NCBI GenBank assembly: GCA_037834085.1
Contig: JBBMKC010042907.1
Location: forward strand, 1 to 40,150
DNA length: 40,150 nucleotides
From: Bipalium vagum
Lineage: Eukaryota
Direction: 5' to 3'
Shown: positions 25,301-33,680 of the stretch, piece after piece
Position numbering within the stretch: position 1 is the stretch's first letter
How the letters are laid out: each line of letters begins with the position of its first letter
The notes under the pieces: generated by a model
Told to the model about the DNA's origin: nothing
Databases searched by the model: none
Seen by the model: only the letters and a program-made list of their open reading frames with translations
Program-made: the position numbers and the translations under genes

Positions 25301-28300
25301 AATTCATTTTTAGTAACATGATTTATCGACTTTTCTGCCTCTCAAACAGACGTCGTCAAAGGGCCAGTCATACGACGGGAATATTTGCCATCACAGCTCT
25401 GGTTGAAGCGGCGTCGGCCTTGAAACCTCCTGGACTCGGTGGTTCCGGTGGAGGAGCAGGGGGACCGGGAGGGGTTGGCGGAACTGGTGGTGTCAGTGGA
25501 GGAGGTGCTGGAGGAGTTGGAGGTAACATCGGTGGTAGTGGGGGTAGTGCTGGCAGCAGCAGCGGTGGTGTTGGCACTGCCGGAGGCGTTGGTAGTAACA
25601 GTAGTGGCACAGGTAGTACCGGCAGCAGCAGTGCCTCAAGCAGTCATTTGCGTGACAATCGTGTCTGTTCCAATCTGGCTAAATGTCTCTGGTTGATTAC
25701 TCTCGATGATGACCAGTTACTTATGTCGCGTCACCTGGAGGATATTAGTAACAAATTGCCCGCTTCGACATTGTTGCCATGGGCACGCAGTCTTGTCACT
25801 TGTCTATTGCGACCTGAAGCCAAAAATATCGTACCGATGATTATTAGATTGTGCAATGAATTCCCTGAGGCCGTCTACCAACCGTTCCGATGTTTGCGAG
25901 ATAAAATCGATAGAGAACTATTCTTCAATGAAAATTCTTCGAAAGTCTTGTTAGGACAATCATCTTCGTCATCAGCAGCAACGGCGGCCGCGGCTTCATT
26001 ATATGATAATATTCTGAATCAGGTAAGTCAGAAAGAAATAGAAATTAAGAGAGATAGAGATTTTGGAAAGAGAGAGAAACAAAAAAGAAATTTTGAAAGA
26101 GTGAAAAGAAAGCTTAAGGGGAGATGAGTAAAGGAAAGAGAAGTTTTGATGGAGAAAGATAATGTAAAGAAAGAGAAAAAGTATAAAATAAGAAACTAGA
26201 GGGACAAGGAAAGAAGAAAATAGTGAGTGAAGAGAGAAAAAACAAGAAAAAGATGGAAAAACAAAGAAATTTGAAAATAGGAGTAAAATAGAAAGAGATG
26301 GAAGATAAAATAGTAGAGATAATAAAAAAGGCGGAGAAAGGGATATGATAAGATAATAAAATTAAGAACATAATAGAAATAGATTAAAAGGAGAGAAATA
26401 GAGCAGAGAGATAAAAGAAAGTGGTTATTGAAATAGGAAAAGAGAGATGGGGAAAGAACGATGGAATGATTATGAAAGAGATAATATAATTATTATTACA
26501 TGTTTTAATAACCAATTGTTTTCGTTTCAGATGAAAAAGCACAACGGGTCGAAGCTGTATTTGGTCGACGAGTTCTGTCAGCAATTGGAATGGCTCTGTC
26601 CTAGTTGGAGCGAGCAACTTCTGGCGCAGCTCGTTTCTATCACCCGCCGATTGGAAGATCACGCTTTTGATTTACTCATTGCATCGTCCCACGGCTCTTC
26701 CACGCTAACTAATGAAAAGCTACCTGACAATTTCATCGTGGAGCTGCACCATTTGGGCATGCTGCTTGACTTTTCTACAGACTCCAGCATGGATATAGAC
26801 AATGAGGATCCGTGCTCGACAATCAATCGATTGTGGTCCGTCTGGTTATCAATTACAAGTAACGAGGTCGTCAGTGCCCGTTACCACGCCTATTTGAACA
26901 GTCGATATTGTCAAGACATTCGTGTTCGATTTAGCAACGATTTTGGCAATTCAATGTTATTGTATTTGATGGTCTGTTGCTTATAATGACTTTTTGTGTT
27001 TTTAATTGTTTCAAAATGTTTTATTGATATTTTCTTTTCAGCCGACTTTGAACAAATTGAAAAAAGTTTGGATTCCTCTGATGAAAAGAATTGTCAACAT
27101 GACCCCGAAAAGTCACTTTTTGGACGAAAAAACTCGACTGTTGACCGAAATCGCTCAATCAAGTTGTGAGCTCAGTCTCCCTGGAGATTTGAGCATAATT
27201 AAACGAAAAGAACACCAGCTTCATGTAACCGATTTATTTTAATTATTTATCAGTTTAATTTTTTATTTCAATTATTTTATTGTTGATCAATTTATTTAAT
27301 ACTATTGATTTATTTAATTATTATCTACATTATATTTCATTTCCCACATCTTCGAAACAGATCGCGTCTGTGAGCCCATTGGTGGAACGAGTGTGGAGCA
27401 ACCATCAGTTTTGTCGTCGAATCAGAATCCGTGCCAGCAACGGACACAATTTTGATTATTATGTGCAATCATCGATCACCGATTTGCATTCGTTGGTTGT
27501 CGATTCGAAAAACGATGGATGTTCGATTTATCGATTTTGGATGCAGGAGAGACTGTTCCAGATTTTCCGAGTCATCAATGAAAGTTTGGCCAAAGAACGA
27601 GAAGCCTGTCGACGAGGGCTGACACTCCACGCAACAAGGTGATCATTATTCATTTGTGTATATGTTTAATTTTTTTGTGTTTAATGATATCTATTATTAT
27701 TTTGTCATTAATTATTTATGTTTATTGTGCTCAGATTAATGGAAATTAATTGTCGCGGTGCACACCTTCGAGAGGTTGGTTGTGGCATGAATCCGATATT
27801 GCAAAAGGATTTTGATCTGGACAACGTTCGAATTGTGTCGCTGGAGAACGTTTGGCATTGGTATTGTAATGATAAAATTGATTCGCTTCAGTTTTCACTA
27901 AGAAACGATTCAATTAATAATATTGGTAATAGCAACAATAACAATAGTGACATCGTCGGTAGTGCGACAGCAACAATTACAATTCCCAACAAAATCGATA
28001 AACAACTGTCGACTACCATAGAAGTTTTATCCGATCCGGAAAAATCAATAATCACTTTTATGGAAGAAGAAAATCTCCGTTCTGTTTCATCTATAAACTC
28101 TAAGGCCATCAATAAAGTAAATTATCGATTTTTTAAAATTGATTATTCTAACATTAATTGATTTATTTATGGTCAATTTATTGTTACAATGTAAAAAATT
28201 AATATTTTGTAAAACATGAAATTATTTTATTTTTATTTCAATAAAATAATAAATATATTTTTTTAATTTATTATTTTTCTTTATGAAAAGTAATTTATTG

Positions 28301-29176
28301 AAATAAATCATTTTTTGTCTCACAGAAACTGTCCAATTGCTCAAATCGATTGCAACAGCACACGAAAAATGAGGCCCTCATCAAATTTTCTCGAGCCTTC
28401 TCTGTTGGTCCCGAGGACTATTGGATGTTGCGCAAGCAGCTTACCAATGATTTCGCGACGTTCAACATGATTCAATATCTGCTCCAAATCGCTCCTATGG
28501 ATCCACATCAATACATTATCGATTTGAGGAAAGCCACTTTGCAAGTTCTGTCTCCTGAACTCCATTTGTCCGATGAGGGTTTGTTCATATGGCTTATCAA
28601 TTATTGATATCAATTAATCCTATTGATTTCACAGCATGTCTGGAACCTCATCGATCCAACATCCCGTTCCGACTGAGTCCGAATATTGCCCAATTCCTCC
28701 AACCGAGCGGCCAGCTCGACAGTCTTTGGAACAGTTCCAGCCAACCGTACACAGCCAGCATGATTGCCACCGGTCACGTGATCTATTGGTGCAAAAATAA
28801 CTTGATGGCGCTCATCCGAGCACTACTGCGTGACTATTTTGTCTTGTGGCACAAGTTCACTTCGACCACGGCTACTGCCGCAATCGCCAATAGCAACAAA
28901 GACCTTTCATCATCGCAACAGCAGCATCCAACGGTGGTGGAACTGGAAAATTCCGTGCTCGAGAAATGGCTGTCGTCTGCCACTGAGCAGATTTACAACA
29001 GAATTTCTGGTTTGAGAATTTCTTTTAGTTTTTATTGATTTTTTTTCATTTCCTCTGTGGTGTGCGCAGGAGTTGGTCGAGTTGATGATGACACGATCAT
29101 TCGTGACAAAATCAAAGGCGCTCTGGACCCCGTCAATCAGGCCTGCACGAAACTCAGCTATCAGCACTGGATTTGA
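6532..29176 (+). CDS. TRRAP: Transformation/transcription domain-associated protein (TRRAP/Tra1), PIKK pseudokinase scaffold of SAGA and NuA4/TIP60; 52 exons, ~4258 aa
   Basis: Diagnostic motifs: QFLQENPLQQLRK, ENEEN.MIC, IIPKSCYSLKVMQEIP, DFLAAQVKTLSFLAY, RPLAYSTLADLIHYV, LLRYLFRSIGGG, ELCVIVPVRLSTLLPHLSLLMEPLV, GLRTLELCVDN, then FAT, a pseudokinase (IPFRLSPNI, no DRH/DFG) and a FATC-like end. Hand exon model: 6532-6604,6647-6696,6751-6966,7021-7299,7352-7518,7577-7673,7735-7879,7978-8056,9046-9351,9418-9544,9617-10111,10220-10465,10522-10848,10966-11292,11692-12019,12094-12272,12629-12846,12937-13207,13760-13981,14119-14500,15125-15348,15413-15490,15572-15814,16527-16692,16789-17002,17515-17825,18337-18737,18792-18862,18927-19023,19084-19185,19262-19417,19484-19720,19807-20051,20335-20501,20836-21809,22220-22504,22561-23058,23135-23214,23309-23441,23770-24095,24158-24373,24833-24938,24998-25101,25174-25290,25350-26022,26531-26971,27042-27224,27361-27638,27735-28116,28326-28578,28635-29009,29070-29176. 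All introns are GT-AG and the total of 12777 nt stays in frame. Individual boundaries may be off where alternative sites exist. Confidence 0.96.
12290..12595 (+). repeat. CT-rich (polypyrimidine) low-complexity tract filling a TRRAP intron
   Basis: About 300 bp dominated by ttctctct/tctttc words, unlike the AT-rich neighbouring introns. Confidence 0.8.
13300..13368. repeat. (TTA)n microsatellite in a TRRAP intron
   Basis: Perfect TTA array; it causes the poly-Tyr tail of ORF 12965..13369. Confidence 0.97.
14795..14846. repeat. Perfect 26-bp tandem duplication, each unit containing the palindrome TGAATTAATTCA
   Basis: ttatttatctgaattaattcaaaata occurs at 14795-14820 and again at 14821-14846. 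Confidence 0.9.
24596..24701. mobile_element. Putative ~100-bp MITE-like insertion in TRRAP intron 24374-24832
   Basis: GC-richer island bounded by tataagggagacatc...gaggtgacccttata, a 12/15 inverted match with TA at both ends. Confidence 0.4.
26030..26480 (+). repeat. GA-rich (polypurine) low-complexity tract filling a TRRAP intron
   Basis: About 450 bp almost devoid of C, made of gaaagag/agaaata words. Confidence 0.85.
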
Positions 29177-29441
29177 TGAATCGGAACGCGTGATCGTGAT
29201 GCATGATTTGTTATATATATATATATCAGTTGTATTCGTCTGTACAGTTTTCTCCTTTTTGTTTTCAAATAACCATTGTCCACTGTCGTGACAATATAAA
29301 TCTCTTGTATTTATGTATATATCTTTCTCTGTCTGTGGCTTTTGCTTTTGATTTGTTGTGGCTCAAAATGTGTCTGGGATCGCAAAAATGCATGGATTTG
29401 TGAAAATTTTTCATGCAATTCTTATTTCAAAATTTTCATGG

Positions 29442-29447
29442 AATAAA
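29442..29447 (+). terminator. Candidate TRRAP polyadenylation signal AATAAA
   Basis: AATAAA about 265 nt after the stop codon, followed by T-rich sequence. The AT-rich background weakens the call. Confidence 0.35.
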
Positions 29448-29749
29448 ATTATTTATTTTTGAAATTCTCTTTTGTATTAGAAAATATTAAAATTTATTGA
29501 ACATTAATTTTTTAGAATTTTAATCGTTTGAACTTTCTGTTCCTGTTGTAGTTTAATTCTGTTTTTCTTCTGGCTGTGGAAAAATCTGAGAGTTTCTCAT
29601 ATAGTCTCCAGCTTTCTTCCATCGACCAATCACTACTATCAACATTGATATCTTTCCTTTTCACATATAGAAACACGCTTTCAATTATTCAGCTCAATCT
29701 GACCTTAGTCGCTTTAACTGAATGATTGATTCTTTGGCTGCTTTCAGTA

Positions 29750-30910
29750 ATAAGCCAGGAATGGCGAAATCTTGTCTTAGTGAAAAGACGTTTCTGAAAG
29801 TTGTCAAAAAAGTTACATACGATTGAGATCTATAACCAATAAAAAAGATTAGCTCGAGAAATGGATTATTGTAATTTTCGGGAAAAGGTATGAGGTATAA
29901 TGGACTGTGGATGACATGCAGAGAAAGACACGGTAATTTTGTGGTTCCGATAGATAGCAACGGACAGGGGGTGATGGCAGAAAACAGTTATGAGAAATTA
30001 ATCAACCACTCTTGCCATAGAAATGTGAACTGTCTGAAGCACTGAGACATAGAAGAAATAATAAGAACCGAAATTGTAAATCCTGATTCAGTGGTTTTGA
30101 AAGAAGTATCATATGAAATAGAATCACGAGGAGGCAGAGAAATATCGATACCAGAGCAAGTTCGAGAATAATTCTTAACGGGAGAATTATAACTAGAAAT
30201 ACTACAGTAAAAGAAGCAACCAAAGCCATGACAAGGAAGACTCGAAAATAATCCAGTAGAAAGGCCAAGAAAGACCCTGATGTACCACTTCTACAAGGGA
30301 TTAGCAAGGAGACCAAAAGAATACCACGTAATGAAAATTTACACTAATTTACTGATCTTTATATTAATTAATATATATATATATTAATAGAAGATAGTAC
30401 GAAGAGGAAGCATATGATGGAGCTACAAAAAAAATCAAGAGCAGTTAAGAAGATTGATAGAATTAATGAATTCGTTAACGGAAACAGCTGGAGACCTGGC
30501 CATTTAACAAAAGAAATATTTCTAGAAATATCAATTTTTTTAGCAGACATTGAAGAATTTGTTGAGGAGCTGGTAGCACTAGTGATGAAAATGGTTAGCA
30601 CAATTGTGTGAAGGACGAATGGATAAATAAAAGGCAATGGTTGATATAGAATTAATTTTGAAGAGTTGAAAAAATAAATCGGGACTCAGGAGAGCAAAGC
30701 ACAAATATATAGGGAGTAAAAAATAATTGAAGCTTATTTTTTTACCATGGATGCAGTTTAACCAACGATGAGGCAGTTTACTGGGAACAAAGTCAGAAGA
30801 AGGGTCAATTATTGAGAAATCACTAGAACATCCAAGAAGTAGACAGTCAGAATTTTGACAAAACCAAGATAAGAAAAGTAACAGAAAGATCTGAGAGAAA
30901 CCTTTAGTGG
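29750..30910 (+). mobile_element. Decayed non-LTR retrotransposon remnants (probably two pieces)
   Basis: Purine-rich, stop-riddled sequence. ~29930-29995 reads WFR*IATDRG*WQKTV, like the LINE ORF-terminal W..AQDR..WR motif. ~30430-30890 reads EQLRRLIELMNSLTETAGDLAI, DIEEFV..GSTSDENG, YHGCSLT, LLRNH*NIQEVD..KIRKVT in RTE-like order. Confidence 0.45.
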
Positions 30911-32832
30911 GGGAAAAAAATTTTTTTCTCACACTTGTAATTTTTGTGATAAAAGATGAATTAATATATTTTTTTTGAAAATTGTTAATATTTATTGATT
31001 CCGCTTGCTAATTAGACACTTACTATATGTCTAAATTTTGAAGACTTGCTTAAATAATATATCCAAATTTTAATTTCTTAAATTTTATAAATTATTATTG
31101 AAAAATTTTTTTCTGACAGTTAGTACATTTTTACTTATAATAGTTTAAAGTAAAGATTTTAGGTATTTATTCAAAAGAATTAAGAAATATTGTCATGTAC
31201 AAACGTTCATTGATTGAATCGTACAGTTTTTTATTATTAAATAAATAAATACTCAAGCCAGGACTTCAGCATTATATAATTTTTTTAATTTTCTGTCCCT
31301 TTTACTTTTTTTATTTTGTTATTTCATACTCTAAGTAGGGCGGTGAGATAGATTGTTCTTTATCGAGGACCTCTGAGTCTAAGTGAGAGAGAATTTTTCA
31401 TAATAATAATAACTATAATTAATAACTTATTTTTTGATCAATCAGGGACTATATCACTCTTTTGTAAATTTATACTTTATTTTAATAAAAATAAAAGTTT
31501 TAAAAATCAAATCGTTTTCTCAGTCACTTTAAATTATAATAACGAACACGTAAATAAGCAACCTTCAAACGTTAAGACCTAAACACAATAAGCTCCACTC
31601 TTTAACTTTCTATCCATCTTTTAGGATCTTAACAATAATATAAAGGATTATATAATAAGCTTTAAATCAATAATAAATTTAGAATGTACTAACTTAGTTA
31701 CACTAAGTACAACAAATTGTGTATTTAAATATATAAAAGAAGATAAATTACGTTTAAAAATAAATAAGCATATAAACTAGAAGTCGTTTTTGTTTTTCGA
31801 TTTTGATTTTTCTGCTTGGTCGGTAACTCTACTGGCTGCTTGTCGTAGTATTTTGTGTTATTTTTTTTTCTATTTTTAAATGTTGCTTTCCGTATTTATA
31901 TATATTGTTTGGTTCCGAATATAATGTAGGTGTTCGTCGTTCCAACTTGATGGCTTGCGTAGGATATACAATCTTTTTTGATTTTGATAATAATCACTGC
32001 TTCTTGTTAGCACTCGCTAAATTTAAGTTTTGCTTGCTATTATATATTTTGTCTGACTTCTTATGATTTTTCTTTCCTTTTATATTATTAACTTTGCTTG
32101 TTTTTCTTATAATAGTAAATCTCTTGTTTCTTCCAATGGCAAAGAATGGAAGTTTAACACTTAAACAAAGTTTGTTGTCATAGGATCACAAACAAATATT
32201 TAAAAAATTGCTGTCAACAGAAACAAATATTGTTGTCATCATTGTTAACAGAAAGATGATTGTTTCTTTGGATTTGGTTGTGCTTGGGGGGATCACTCTC
32301 CACTGATGTTGTTGACTGAATTGACTGTTTTTGCTTGCATAAAATAAAAATAAAATATAAAAAATAAAGATTTGAAGAATGCATTTACAACTTCTAACTT
32401 TATATTAGTTTTTTCATAAATCTTTCAATTTTAATTTTATTCTGAATATGGAACACTTAAATATTTATTTTTTCATGTTTCATTCCACGTGGATTGGAAT
32501 TTAAAATAAAGTGGCATTGAAAATAAAAAATTTCCTTAATTTAAGATATGAAAATTATTTAAATTTAAAGTAGTTTAAATTTGGCAGATTACAGTTTTTG
32601 AATTACAATTCTTTTACTAATTAAAATAAACTGGTTTAAAAAAAATAAAAATCAATGATAATGTTATTTAGGATTGGGATAAAAGTAAAAAAATAATTCA
32701 ATTTAATAATAAAATTAAGAAATATAAAATTCATTTATCATTAAATTCATTTAATAAATGAAATAAAATAAATCTCGTGTTTAAATTTATATCCAAAATG
32801 TCTGAGTAAAATCATTTTTTAAAATATTTAGT

Positions 32833-33680
32833 ATGGCCGCAAGTGATTTTCGAAGAAATAATTTTTATTGTCGTTTTTAAAATTGTAGATATGCCACGAA
32901 AATCAAAGGAAATCGTAACGAAAGAAGAGCCTCCTCAATCAAATCGACGCAGAAGTGCTAGGTTAGCAGCAGTTGAGCCGAAAACAAAAACAAAAGAAGA
33001 ATCTCCAACGAAAAAGTCAAAGAGACAGGCAGCAAAAGTAATTTTTGATATTTACATTACAATAATCCAATAAAATTTTCAATTTAGCGTGCTTCAAACG
33101 AAGTAAAGAAGACAATGGTGGAAGAGGAGAACGTCAATTCCAATATTGAGTCAACACCATCGTTAGACAAAGTGGAACAAGATGGCGACAAAAATCCCGT
33201 CGAAGCCCAAGACGAGACGGAATCCAAAAAGGTGAAATTGGACGACGACAACACTTTGATAAGTACTTTTTTTATTTCACGAACCAACAATCGTTTATAT
33301 TCAAATTTAAGAAAAAGATGAGGAAAGCACCGAAATGGTGGTTGAAACACCTAACGACAAGGAACACCAGTCTGAAGAACCGGTTATTGTGGAAACAAAA
33401 CAACCCGAACAGCAGCATCAACAAGAAAAAAGTGAGAACAATGAACCGGAGAATGTGAAGCAGGACCAACAAACAGGTTCCGTCATGAAGACCTCATGAT
33501 TTTTGATTGAATACATTCCTTTGACGTTTAGATCTAAAGACGGCAGCTGAGTTAGCGCCCAGTAAAACTGCGGAACAGAATCACGTCAATGACGTTCAAT
33601 CAATCGAAGACAAGGACGACCCAAAATCAAGTGTCGCGTTGCCCGTCACCGCCGCTGCCGCTGCTCCTATCAGCAATTAG
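32833..33680 (+). CDS. Small intrinsically disordered nuclear protein with an HMGN-like nucleosome-binding motif and a long acidic tail (211 aa from ATG 32891; 215 aa if micro-exon ATGGCCGCAA 32833-32842 is used)
   Basis: Exons (32833-32842), 32889/32891-33037, 33088-33262, 33312-33476, 33532-33680, separated by 46-55 nt GT-AG introns, with the frame intact. Protein: MPRKSKEIVTKEEPPQSNRRRSARLAAVEPKTKTKEESPTKKSKRQAAKRASNEVKK...E/D/Q-rich...PVTAAAAAPISN*. The gene structure is well supported; the HMGN-like function is inference. Confidence 0.82.

Noticed and set aside
25368-25610. Pro-rich minus-strand ORF (80 aa)
   Set aside because: Antisense shadow of the Gly-rich GGN codons in the TRRAP exon.
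26114-26662. Hydrophobic Phe/Leu/Ser-rich minus-strand ORFs resembling membrane proteins
   Set aside because: Artefact of the GA-rich intron read on the opposite strand.
28350-28700. Active PI3K-like kinase (TOR/ATM/ATR/DNA-PK)
   Set aside because: No DRH catalytic loop or DFG motif, and the N-terminal motifs are TRRAP-specific.
6532-29176. Alternative genetic code, stop readthrough or widespread non-canonical splicing
   Set aside because: The whole CDS assembles with the standard code and GT-AG introns, with no internal stops.
7042-29291. Dozens of separate short ORFs treated as independent genes
   Set aside because: In-frame plus-strand ORFs are TRRAP exons with intron read-through; the others are alternate-frame or antisense shadows.
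30900-30920. Polypurine tract suggesting an LTR retrotransposon 3' end
   Set aside because: No adjacent LTR or integrase motifs; the upstream remnants look LINE-like.
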